In this document: positions 38,791-48,326 of the stretch, piece after piece
Numbering within the stretch: the first letter of the stretch is position 1
Layout: every line of letters begins with the position of its first letter
Assembly (NCBI GenBank): GCA_963622135.1
Contig: CAVFGR010000015.1
Location: forward strand, 1,064-65,063
Direction of reading: 5' to 3'
Length of the DNA stretch: 64,000 nucleotides
Origin: a bacterium
GTDB lineage: Bacteria; Bacillota_I; Bacilli_A; RFN20; CAG-826
The notes under the pieces: generated by a model
Told to the model about the DNA's origin: nothing
Databases searched by the model: none
The model's input: the letters and a program-made list of their open reading frames with translations, nothing else
Made by a program: the position numbers and the translations under genes

Positions 38791-41114
38791 AACACGTAGC
38801 TTTAGCCGGCAACCCGAACTGTGGTAAAACCACCTTATTTAATGTTCTCACCGGATCTACGGCGCACGTTGGTAACTGGCCGGGTGTTACGGTGGATAAG
38901 AAAACCGGAACTTACAAAAAACTAGAAGAACCACTCGAAATCGTGGACCTTCCGGGCATTTATTCCCTCTCGCCATACACCCCAGAGGAAATTGTTTCTA
39001 GAAACTATATCCTCGACGAGAAACCGGATGTCGTTATCAATGTCGTTGATGCGACCAACATCGAGAGAAACCTCTATTTGACCACCCAGTTGATGGAAAT
39101 CGATGTCCCTGTTGTCATCGCCCTCAACATGTGCGACCTTCTTAAGAAAGATGGAAGCAAGATCAATCCTGAAGTCTTATCTGGCAAATTGGGAGTCCCA
39201 GTCGTTGAGATCTCCGCTTTAAGAGGCGAGGGTCTTGAAGAATTGATGAAAGCCGCTCTCGAAGCCGCCAAGACCAAGAGAGAAGGCAAGACCATGCTCG
39301 AGGATCAAAACCTCATGCATTTGGTCAGAGATGTCACCATCGCTTTCGAAGGAAAAGGCGTCGAGAATCCATTATTCCACGCTGTGAAGCTCGTCGAAGC
39401 CGATGAAATCGAAACCCAAAACCATGGCGATCTCATGCCGATGGTTACAAAGTTCAAAGAAACCTTCAGCGACGATACCTTCGGTGATGATTTCGAAGCT
39501 TTAATTGCCGATGCTCGTTATAAGTTCATCGCCAAAGAATTCGGCAAAGTCGTCGTCAAGAAAGAAGCCGAACCAGAGCCGGAAGTCATCGAGGATAATA
39601 CTGACGGCAAAAAGAAAAAGAAGAAAAAAGCCAAGGTCGGCACCAAATCCGACCGCATCGATAAGGTTTTGACCCACAGAATCTGGGGTCTCCCAATCTT
39701 TATCGTCATCATGTTCTTCTTGTTCCATTTCACCTTCTCTGAAGACTTACTCTTCATGGGCAAGATGGGACTTACCATCGAAAACGAAGCCGCCATCAAC
39801 TTCTTCACCGGCATGGGTTATGAAGGTGAAGCGATGGAAGGCATTCCTTCCTTAGGTGTCTGGCTGCAAAGCTGGATGGGATACATAACCGGGCAGATCA
39901 CCGCTGGATTCCAGTGGTTATGCAATGGTTGCAAGGACTTCGGCGAAGTCGCCGCGGCCAATGCCAGCGCCACTTGGTATGGATCTCTCATCTGCGACGG
40001 TATCTTAAATGGCTTGGATGCGGTTTGCTCCTTCATCCCGCAGATCATGCTCTTATTCTTCTTCATCGCGATTATGGAAGACACTGGCTACATGGCCCGT
40101 ATTGCCTTCATCTTGGATAGAGCCTTCAGAAAGTTCGGTCTTTCGGGCAAGGCCTTCATCCCAATGCTTACTGGCTTTGGCTGCTCGGTTCCGGGCATCA
40201 TGGCCACCCGTACGATCGAAAACGACGTCGAAAAGAACAGAACCATCCGCTTGATGACCTGCTTCTCTTGCGGCGCGAAAGCTCCTATTTGGGCTTTATT
40301 GGCCGGCGTTGCCAACGCCTGCGGATACGGCTATGGCGATGTCTTCGTCTTCACCATTTATATCGGCGGTATCGCGTTAGCGATTATCCTTGCCATCTTC
40401 ATGCGTGTCTTCTCCAAAGAAAAGTACGTTTCCCCATTCATCATGGAATTGCCGCAATACCATTTGCCGCAAGCGAGAAACGTTGCCGCTCACCTTTGGG
40501 AGAAACTGAAACACTACGTCATCAAAGCCGCGACTATCTTAACTGCTTCCTTGATCGTCATTTGGTTCCTTAAGACCTTTGGCGTCGAAGGCGGCAAGTT
40601 CTGCATGGTCGAGGATATCGATCATTCCTTGATTGGCTACATCGGCATGGGCTTGAAGTACATCTTCTATCCATGTGGCTGGGCTATCAATGCGGATGGT
40701 TGGAAATACGCTGCCGCTTCTGTCACTGGCTTAGTTGCCAAGGAAGACGTCGTCGGCACTATGGCGGTCTTGTTCAACGGTGGAAACGAGGATTCCCTCG
40801 CCGAAGCCTTGACCAGTTTATCCGCTTCAGGCGTTTATTCCTTCGCTATCTTCAACTTATTGACCTTCCCTTGCATGGCGGCCATCTCTACCGCCAGAGC
40901 TGAGCAGACCAGAAAGGAATTCTGGAAGACCTTGCTCTTCTGGTTCAGCGTTTCTTACATCGCTTCCGCCTTGGTTTATTGGGTTGGAACCTTGTATGAG
41001 ATTGCCTGGTGGGGTGGATTGCTCGTCACCTTGGCTCTCATCGGTGGCGTTGTCACCGCGGCCATCTTGGTCGTCAGAGGCAATAAGAAAGCCGCTCAAA
41101 AGACCGTTGCTTAA
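38787..41114 (+). CDS. feoB: ferrous iron transport protein B
   Basis: G-domain GNPNCGKTTLFN, the gate motif and a C-terminal polytopic permease. Contains a K7 insert. Confidence 0.92.
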   Translation: MKHVALAGNPNCGKTTLFNVLTGSTAHVGNWPGVTVDKKTGTYKKLEEPLEIVDLPGIYSLSPYTPEEIVSRNYILDEKPDVVINVVDATNIERNLYLTTQLMEIDVPVVIALNMCDLLKKDGSKINPEVLSGKLGVPVVEISALRGEGLEELMKAALEAAKTKREGKTMLEDQNLMHLVRDVTIAFEGKGVENPLFHAVKLVEADEIETQNHGDLMPMVTKFKETFSDDTFGDDFEALIADARYKFIAKEFGKVVVKKEAEPEPEVIEDNTDGKKKKKKKAKVGTKSDRIDKVLTHRIWGLPIFIVIMFFLFHFTFSEDLLFMGKMGLTIENEAAINFFTGMGYEGEAMEGIPSLGVWLQSWMGYITGQITAGFQWLCNGCKDFGEVAAANASATWYGSLICDGILNGLDAVCSFIPQIMLLFFFIAIMEDTGYMARIAFILDRAFRKFGLSGKAFIPMLTGFGCSVPGIMATRTIENDVEKNRTIRLMTCFSCGAKAPIWALLAGVANACGYGYGDVFVFTIYIGGIALAIILAIFMRVFSKEKYVSPFIMELPQYHLPQARNVAAHLWEKLKHYVIKAATILTASLIVIWFLKTFGVEGGKFCMVEDIDHSLIGYIGMGLKYIFYPCGWAINADGWKYAAASVTGLVAKEDVVGTMAVLFNGGNEDSLAEALTSLSASGVYSFAIFNLLTFPCMAAISTARAEQTRKEFWKTLLFWFSVSYIASALVYWVGTLYEIAWWGGLLVTLALIGGVVTAAILVVRGNKKAAQKTVA

Positions 41115-41116
41115 TA

Positions 41117-41521
41117 ATGGAATGGTATGAATATCTGATTATCGTCGTCGCCGTCTTCTTGGTGGTGGGGCCGATAGTTAGTTACTTCGTTAAAAAGAAA
41201 AAAGGCACTTTGAAATGCGAGTGCGGTCACCTTCAAAGTGAATGCACTGGTAACTGTGCCTCTTGTTCCCTGACTAAAAAAGATAGCAAAGGCAAAAAAG
41301 GCACTTTGACTTATGTTGTTTCCGTCCAAGGGATGAAATGTGGTATGTGCGAAAGCCATATCAACGACATCATCCGCAAGGAATTCGACGTGGTCAAAGT
41401 CAAATCATCGCGAAAGAGCCAAACCACGACAATCGTCACCAAGAGAATCTTAAACCCCTCCAAAATAAGATCAGCAATTGGTTCTCTTGGCTACAACGTT
41501 CTCTCGGTGAGGCTTAAATAG
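41117..41521 (+). CDS. FeoB-associated Cys-rich membrane peptide fused to a heavy-metal-associated (HMA) domain
   Basis: N-terminal TM followed by CECGH..C..C.SC, then GMKCGMCESHI...AIGSLGYNV (GMxCxxC HMA fold). Confidence 0.7.
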   Translation: MEWYEYLIIVVAVFLVVGPIVSYFVKKKKGTLKCECGHLQSECTGNCASCSLTKKDSKGKKGTLTYVVSVQGMKCGMCESHINDIIRKEFDVVKVKSSRKSQTTTIVTKRILNPSKIRSAIGSLGYNVLSVRLK

Positions 41522-41529
41522 GTAAGATT

Positions 41530-41560
41530 AGAGGAGATAGCCACTCCTCTTTTCTTTTTC
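41530..41560 (+). terminator. terminator after the feo operon
   Basis: AGAGGAG-atagccact-CTCCTCT hairpin followed by TTTTCTTTTTC. Confidence 0.65.
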
Positions 41561-41700
41561 TTTGTGCCGATGGAATCACACACTTAATGAAATCAATAAG
41601 CCGGCTTTCAAATGTAAAAAACGATATGGTTGCTCTTTGTTATATTTATTGTGATACAATAATTCATTCCGTATGCCTTTTTAGGCAACAAGGAGAATTT

Positions 41701-44121
41701 ATGAGAAAAATTAGTAAATTAACAATTCTGACATTAGGGGCGATCGCTTCTGCGTGTTTGGCCTCTTGCGGGCCTGATGCCAGCGATTCCTCTGATCATA
41801 GCAGCGTTCAGCAAACGCTTACCAGCATCAAAATCGTCTCCGGCTCCATCAAGACCAGCTTCAGCCAAGGCGCAACCCCGAATTATAACAATCTCGCCAT
41901 CAACCTTCTCGACCAAGACGAGAAGAAGATGGATACCTTAAAATGGGTTGATAACAAGGACAAGATCACTTTCACGGAAATCGATACTTCCGAGTTGGCG
42001 ACGGATAAGGTCTTCACCGTTACCTATAACGATGGTCAAAACGAATTCACCGACACTTTGAAATACAATGTCGTTGAGGCCTACACTCTTTCTTCCTGGG
42101 CCGCCAATCCGAATTATTCCTATACGACCGGATATCAGGCCAACAACAAGATCTCTACCGACGAAGATAACTTGGAGAAGGGATTCATGAAGACCGCCAC
42201 CTTCTATGTTGGCAACATGAACTCCGTCAATTTGCTTCCAGAATTAAATGGTTTGAACAAAGAGACCTATGAGGTTACTGAACTTACCACCATTCCAACC
42301 GGCGCGACTGTTAAATTGGTTTCCGAAGGCAAGGATATGGTCGTTGACTCTTATATTGAAAACGCCGATTCCTTCATCAAAGATGGCCAATTGAAATTCA
42401 AAGATGGTGTCACCGGCTCTTTCGCTATCACCCTCAGCTATTCAGGCTTGCAGGATATCGTTTATAACGTCGAAGTCGTCGATGCTTATAACGTCAGCAA
42501 AGCGACCGATTTGTACGCTTTCTACACTAACAACACCAACGATTCTTCTATCTTCACTCCAGTCCATGAATTCAAGAAAGAATTAGGATTGCCTGATGCC
42601 GATAACATTGTTATCCAAAACGACATCACCATCGGCAAGAACGACATCCCTTCCGCCTTCATCTGGCAAGAAAATTGCGACGAAGTCGTCAAAGGAAGCT
42701 TGAAAGACTGGATCCGTCTTTATGAGCATCAATTCGATGACGCCAATGAAACCGCCACTGTCTATGGCAACCTCCATAAGATTTCCTTCAACACCGATGA
42801 AGACGACGAGAATATGTTCCCGTATGTCATAACCGACTCACAGGAAGGTATCGCCCAAAGCGAATCCAAGCCAATCTCTTGTCACGCTTCTTTGTTCTAT
42901 GGCACTTATGGCGCCAATCAAGATCCGTTCAATTGCCAGATTATCTTCAAAGATCTTCAGGCTTCCGGCAATAATGGCGTCGATGATACCGCCACGACAG
43001 CCAAAAAAGTTGGTCCGATGTTCTTGAAGTCCGAAGTTAACTCCAAATTTGACAACGTTTTGGTTAACAGTTTCTATATGGCTGCCATGGCTGACGGTCC
43101 TTATTCTTGGTATGAGAACGGCGTTAAGAAGTATGGCAAGCAAATCGATGGTGTCTTCATTGATCCAAAAATCGAAATTGATTCCTGTCGTTTCAATGAC
43201 TCCGCCAACGCTGCCCTCTATTTCTTCGGTCAGTCCAAAGGCGATATCAAGAACTCCGATATCACCAAAGCCGGTGGACCATTGATCTTCACCAACCCAC
43301 AAATTGAGCCGTTGCCAGATGATGTCATCTCCGCGTTAAGCTACGCCCCGACATTCTCCACTGAAGTCAATATCGATGAAAACAGCTTCCTTTCCAACTA
43401 TACCGCTGGCAAAGGCGGATGGTTCGATGCTTATAGTGCCAGCGCTATTGCCGGAACCTTACAATCCATGGATGGACTTTTCACCCCTTATGGCATGTCC
43501 TTCTTAAGAACGAAGAACGATGTTAAGAAATTCAATCTTATCTTAGTTAATCTTCCTATTTCTGGAGAAGAAGCCCTTGCGTTGCCATCTTTGGATGAAG
43601 GCTGCACCAATGTCACCATTAAGAAAGGCAACAACGTTGTTTACAGCACCCTTGATGGTTATCAAGAAGTTATGACTGCTTATGCCGCTCTCGCGGCCGC
43701 CACTCAATCTGCTGCTTCGGCTGAGGAATTAGCCACCCTCTATCAAGCTTATGCCGATGCTATCTCCAGCAGTTTCTATGGCAATAACTTAGCCTACGCT
43801 AACATTCAGAACGAAATGGTCTTTGCGGCCACTAACGGCGAAGGCAAACATGAATTTGGCATCGTCAATGTTGATCAAAGCAGTGGACAATACTATCTCT
43901 GCTCCAGCGACTACGCCATCAAAGCCGGAATGGCTGCCGCTAGCATCCCTGTCACCGTTCCAAGCAGCTATCAGCCAGGCGAAACTATGAAGAGCGCTGG
44001 ATTCTTATCCGCCACCATCAACGGAAACATCGTTTATGGCTCTTCCCAGCTTACTACCCCGACCGCCTATAACGGCGCCAACAACTACGGCGTCATCTTA
44101 GGCGACTATCACGCTATCTAA
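41701..44121 (+). CDS. large surface lipoprotein (807 aa), function unknown
   Basis: Signal peptide with lipobox LASC (MRKISKLTILTLGAIASACLASCG). AAGGAGAA RBS. Asn/Asp/Gly-rich repeats. The longest ORF (41587) was trimmed. Confidence 0.7.
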   Translation: MRKISKLTILTLGAIASACLASCGPDASDSSDHSSVQQTLTSIKIVSGSIKTSFSQGATPNYNNLAINLLDQDEKKMDTLKWVDNKDKITFTEIDTSELATDKVFTVTYNDGQNEFTDTLKYNVVEAYTLSSWAANPNYSYTTGYQANNKISTDEDNLEKGFMKTATFYVGNMNSVNLLPELNGLNKETYEVTELTTIPTGATVKLVSEGKDMVVDSYIENADSFIKDGQLKFKDGVTGSFAITLSYSGLQDIVYNVEVVDAYNVSKATDLYAFYTNNTNDSSIFTPVHEFKKELGLPDADNIVIQNDITIGKNDIPSAFIWQENCDEVVKGSLKDWIRLYEHQFDDANETATVYGNLHKISFNTDEDDENMFPYVITDSQEGIAQSESKPISCHASLFYGTYGANQDPFNCQIIFKDLQASGNNGVDDTATTAKKVGPMFLKSEVNSKFDNVLVNSFYMAAMADGPYSWYENGVKKYGKQIDGVFIDPKIEIDSCRFNDSANAALYFFGQSKGDIKNSDITKAGGPLIFTNPQIEPLPDDVISALSYAPTFSTEVNIDENSFLSNYTAGKGGWFDAYSASAIAGTLQSMDGLFTPYGMSFLRTKNDVKKFNLILVNLPISGEEALALPSLDEGCTNVTIKKGNNVVYSTLDGYQEVMTAYAALAAATQSAASAEELATLYQAYADAISSSFYGNNLAYANIQNEMVFAATNGEGKHEFGIVNVDQSSGQYYLCSSDYAIKAGMAAASIPVTVPSSYQPGETMKSAGFLSATINGNIVYGSSQLTTPTAYNGANNYGVILGDYHAI

Positions 44122-44127
44122 TAATTT

Positions 44128-46590
44128 ATGACAAATAAGGCCCTGAAAAAGAACATTTGCCTCTTTGCGGGCCTTTTTGTCGTTTTAGGGCTATCGTTCG
44201 GCTTATCTTTCATCAATAAGAGCAACTACGCTCTTAATTTCTTGCCGTTTGTCTTGCTCTTATTGGTCTTAATCGGCGGCTTCATCTTATTGAAACGCTA
44301 CCTTAAAGACCATAAAGCGAAGTCTTTTAAATCCAAATGGCTCACCAAGATGAGTGCTAGATTAGCCACCAAAGAAGGCCGTTATAAGTACCTGCTTTGT
44401 CTCCTTTCCATCATTCTTGGAATCTTGTTTTTCGCCCGTTTCTATTTCTTCAAAGGCACTTACGATTATGTAGATGCTTACGGTGGGGCGGGCTCTTTCA
44501 CTTACTACGACATTTTCCATCTCGAAAGTCAGCTATTGATGCTTCGTTTGGATCCATTGATGCTAGCTAAATACGAGTCGGTTATCGGCACGTTGGCTAA
44601 TGATTTATGGACGGCGTTGGTCGTATTGAGCTTGGTCAGCGCTTTCTATTTGGAAGAATCTTCCTTAAGCGTCCGTCGTTATATCGGCGTTCCTGGCGCC
44701 ATCTTGATCACCCTAGCCTTCCCAATCGTCCTTAAGGGCATCGTTGGGTCCGATGCGGTTTCTTATCGTTCCATCCTTATGGGCTTGGAATTGGCTATCA
44801 TTGATTTCTATTTCTTCCATAGCCTTTTTGAAGAAGGAAAGTTCAAGCTCAATAAGAAAGAGATAAGGAAAATCATCGCCATTTTGATTCCGATGTTATT
44901 GACGATGGCGACCGCTTATTCCCCATCCTTATTATTCGGAAGGACGGTTAATTTGGGCGGTTACACCTTAACCAATCCAAAAGGACCGAAGAATTTATCC
45001 CATCGTATCTATCTATATTTGGCTTTCATCTTGCCAATTTTGTACTTTGCCTTGCTATATCCTATGAGCAAAGAAGAAAGAAGAGGCGCTTTGCTGCAGA
45101 TATCATTAGGTACTTTGATTGGCTATGCCTCTATTCATCGTTATGACATCTGGACGGATTTGTCCTCTTGGCCATTACATCTTTGCAACACCGCCATGTA
45201 CACGATGCCGATAACTTTGTTATTTGCTAGTTACGGTCTTTATTACTTCACCTTCTTCGTTAACGTGTTAGGTGCTTTCTTAGCGTTATTGATGCCTAAT
45301 TTCTCGGAAACCCTATATGTTTTCGATCCGAAAATCGTGGCTTTCTTCATCAACCATTTGAACGCCTTCTTCATGCCGGTGCTAATCGTCATGTGCGGAG
45401 TATATAAGCGACCGAAGATGCGTTACTTCTTATATTCCCAGATAGGGTTCTTTGTGTATTTCGCTTTCGTTATGGCGGTCAACACTATCCTTACCGCCCA
45501 TGGCGTCTCTAGCGACTTCTTCTTCATCAATTCCTCATTCGTCGCCGATAAGTTGGGCGAATGGGCCAAAAACCTATTTAAGACAACGATTTCTTGGGAA
45601 AGCAAAGGATATACCTATGTCTTGCATTTGGCTTACGACATATCCTATTACCTTGTCTATGTCGTCTTAGCCTTCGGCATGTGGTTCTTATACGAATTGT
45701 TATTCCGAGTGACCGACGAATTGGCTGCCATTCGCTTAGCCAAAGAAAAATCAATCAGCCGTCATAAGGCTTACTTAGCCATTCACCAAGGAGGAAAAAT
45801 CATGAGCGAGAAAATTGAATTAACCATCTCTCATCTTTCCAAACGCTATCACGGGAACGATTTCTTTACCGTCAAAGATTTCTCTCTGGACTTAGAGGGC
45901 GGAAAGATCTACGGATTCCTTGGCAAGAATGGCGCAGGCAAATCTACCATCATCAAATCCATCGTTGGTATCCATGGCTTTGAGGGTGGCGAGATTGACG
46001 TCTGCGGGCATAATGTCATCGAAGAGCCATTGGAAGCTAAAAAAGAAATCGGCTTCGTTCCTGATAACTATGCCTTATATGAGAACTTGACCGGCAGACA
46101 GTACATCAGCTATATTGCTGACCTTTATCATGTTTCCAAAGAGCAAAAAGAAGAAACTGAAGAGAATCTCGTTGCCCGTTTGGAATTGGTGGACCGTTAC
46201 GACAAGCCGATGAAATCTTATAGCCACGGCATGAAGCAAAAAATCACCATCATCGCCGCTCTTATTCATAAGCCGAAAATCTGGATTTTGGATGAGCCTA
46301 TGACTGGTTTAGATCCAAATTCCATCTATCAGATCAAAGAATGCATGAGAGAACACGCTAAAGAAGGCAACATCGTCTTCTTCTCCTCCCATATCATCGA
46401 TGTCGTTAAGAACCTTTGCGACGAAGTTGTCATCATTAAGAAAGGTGACCTCATCAGGCGCATTGATTTAGACGCTGAGCCAGAAGAAAGGGAGAACCTC
46501 GAAGAGACCTTCCTTCGTTTAACCAGCGACAGTGAGGAAGAATCAAACATTTTGATTGAAGAAGAAAAGAAGGAGAAAGGAATCGCGTGA
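44128..46590 (+). CDS. polytopic membrane protein (about 14 TM, YwaF/TMEM164-like C-terminal part with PLHLCN) fused in frame to an ABC-transporter ATP-binding domain
   Basis: Continuous 820-aa ORF. The ATPase domain starts at residue 559 (Walker A GKNGAGKST, signature YSHGMKQK, Walker B ILDEP). Internal AAGGAGG plus ATG at 45788-45804. Confidence 0.7.
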   Translation: MTNKALKKNICLFAGLFVVLGLSFGLSFINKSNYALNFLPFVLLLLVLIGGFILLKRYLKDHKAKSFKSKWLTKMSARLATKEGRYKYLLCLLSIILGILFFARFYFFKGTYDYVDAYGGAGSFTYYDIFHLESQLLMLRLDPLMLAKYESVIGTLANDLWTALVVLSLVSAFYLEESSLSVRRYIGVPGAILITLAFPIVLKGIVGSDAVSYRSILMGLELAIIDFYFFHSLFEEGKFKLNKKEIRKIIAILIPMLLTMATAYSPSLLFGRTVNLGGYTLTNPKGPKNLSHRIYLYLAFILPILYFALLYPMSKEERRGALLQISLGTLIGYASIHRYDIWTDLSSWPLHLCNTAMYTMPITLLFASYGLYYFTFFVNVLGAFLALLMPNFSETLYVFDPKIVAFFINHLNAFFMPVLIVMCGVYKRPKMRYFLYSQIGFFVYFAFVMAVNTILTAHGVSSDFFFINSSFVADKLGEWAKNLFKTTISWESKGYTYVLHLAYDISYYLVYVVLAFGMWFLYELLFRVTDELAAIRLAKEKSISRHKAYLAIHQGGKIMSEKIELTISHLSKRYHGNDFFTVKDFSLDLEGGKIYGFLGKNGAGKSTIIKSIVGIHGFEGGEIDVCGHNVIEEPLEAKKEIGFVPDNYALYENLTGRQYISYIADLYHVSKEQKEETEENLVARLELVDRYDKPMKSYSHGMKQKITIIAALIHKPKIWILDEPMTGLDPNSIYQIKECMREHAKEGNIVFFSSHIIDVVKNLCDEVVIIKKGDLIRRIDLDAEPEERENLEETFLRLTSDSEEESNILIEEEKKEKGIA

Positions 46591-48326
46591 AAAAGGTAGC
46601 GAACGAAAAAACATCTGCTTTCCGACGCTTTTTCGCGGTTGATTGGCGTGCCTTTTGGGTGTTGGTGAAAATGCTTTTCTCCAACTCCATGTCCATCAAC
46701 TGGAAGAAAGATAAAAAGAAAGCCATCATCAAGATCGTTTTGAGCTTGGTCGCTTTCGCAGCGGTTGCTGCCTTATCTTACGTTTTCTTCTATTTCTGTA
46801 TTCGCTTTAGCATTTTCTCCTTGCTAGCCTTCGTTCCGATGAGCGTTCCATCTATCGTGGTGACCGTCTTATTGATCATCTCGTTTATTGCTTCCTTATC
46901 AAAAGTTACGGAAGAACTTTATTTCGGAGAAGATAACAAGGTTTTGCTCACTTTGCCAACGAACGGGAATACCTTGTTCTTGTCCCGATTGGCGGTACGC
47001 TACATCACCTCATATCGCCGTTCCTTGTTATTAGAAATCCCATTCTTGATTGGTTATTTTGCTGTTAGCAGATATCCGGTTTATATGTATTTCGTCTTGT
47101 TTGTTATCTGGGCGTTGATCGACTTAGTGATGTTATTGCTGGCTTCCCTCATAAGCGTCCCTGTTTATTACATCAAAAAGGCAATCCGCACCCACACTTG
47201 GGCTAGCATCATCGCTAAATCCATCATCTTTGCCATCATCTTGGCTTTATGTATCACCGTCATTGTCCTTGTACCTGATAATATCGATATTTTCTCGAAC
47301 TGGGGCACATACTTTGCCAAGATTCAGAACGGTCTAAATTACTACAAAAACAACCTTGGGTTCTTCTATCAAATTTCCATGGTCTATTTGGGCAATTTCA
47401 CTGGATTCAGTTTCTATTTCATGTCTCGTTCGGCTATTGCTGGTCTATGGACTTTATTGGCCATAATTGGCCTTATCGTCGTTCTATTCGTGGCATCGTT
47501 AGCTTTGGCTAGCCCGCTATATTTGAAGTTAGCCAGCGGCACTGGAGAACTTCAGGCCAAGGGCAGGAAGAATGCCAAAGAAAAAGAAAACAAGTCTTTG
47601 CCTCCGTTCATTTCTCAAATCAAGAAAGATGCCATTCTGTTCTTCAAGAATTCAGATATTTCTTCTTCCTATCTCGGAACCTTTACAGCTTTGCCTTTGT
47701 TGATCGCTTTGTTGGCCAAAATCTTCAACGCGATGGACTTAAATAGCCGTGGGGACGCTTTGGTGCAGGTCGTGAGCTTACTAATTGCTCTGCTTATCGG
47801 CTTAAGCACCAATTCGGTAATTGCCCGCATCTATTCCGAGGAAGCTGGAGCCTTCAAATTGGCGAGAACCTATCCACTTAAAGAGCATTACGCCGTCGGA
47901 AGTAAGCTCTTTATTCCTGGCGTATTTGGCTGTTTGAGTCTTGTGGCGTGCACTATCTCTTTATGTTACATCCGTCCGGAGATGCTCGAAGGAACTACCT
48001 TCATGGGCGTTGCTATGATCTTCGTTTATGTCGGACATTTGCTATACAGCGCCGGACTCGACTTCACCAATCCAAGTTCTACGTTCGGCGGTGGTTCTTT
48101 CTTAGCTAGAAACGAAAATCGCTCGGTTATCATGGCTTTTATCACTTCGGCCTTCTTTGCGGCTTTGTACTACTATTATTTCCAAGACCACATATTGTGG
48201 CTCTCGTCCTTGCAAGCGACCGCCGGATTCAAGGTATTCATCTTAGGTGTCATCTATCTAGCTTTTAACATCATTCTCTATATTCGCAAAATCAAATACA
48301 TTTACAAAACGGGGGAGGTCTTATGA
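46587..48326 (+). CDS. ABC-2-type exporter permease-like polytopic membrane protein
   Basis: 579 aa with about 12 TM. GTG start overlapping the upstream stop (GTGA). AAGGAGAAAGG RBS. Confidence 0.65.
   Translation: MKKVANEKTSAFRRFFAVDWRAFWVLVKMLFSNSMSINWKKDKKKAIIKIVLSLVAFAAVAALSYVFFYFCIRFSIFSLLAFVPMSVPSIVVTVLLIISFIASLSKVTEELYFGEDNKVLLTLPTNGNTLFLSRLAVRYITSYRRSLLLEIPFLIGYFAVSRYPVYMYFVLFVIWALIDLVMLLLASLISVPVYYIKKAIRTHTWASIIAKSIIFAIILALCITVIVLVPDNIDIFSNWGTYFAKIQNGLNYYKNNLGFFYQISMVYLGNFTGFSFYFMSRSAIAGLWTLLAIIGLIVVLFVASLALASPLYLKLASGTGELQAKGRKNAKEKENKSLPPFISQIKKDAILFFKNSDISSSYLGTFTALPLLIALLAKIFNAMDLNSRGDALVQVVSLLIALLIGLSTNSVIARIYSEEAGAFKLARTYPLKEHYAVGSKLFIPGVFGCLSLVACTISLCYIRPEMLEGTTFMGVAMIFVYVGHLLYSAGLDFTNPSSTFGGGSFLARNENRSVIMAFITSAFFAALYYYYFQDHILWLSSLQATAGFKVFILGVIYLAFNIILYIRKIKYIYKTGEVL

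Noticed and set aside
39598-39640. A-rich repeat in feoB as a possible CRISPR or other repeat element
   Set aside because: It is an in-frame lysine codon run inside feoB. No spacer-repeat periodicity was seen anywhere in the window.
41587-41700. Upstream extension of the lipoprotein ORF
   Set aside because: A Met at 41701 is preceded by an AAGGAGAA RBS and followed by a canonical signal peptide and lipobox. The upstream part lacks a signal sequence and overlaps the feo terminator.
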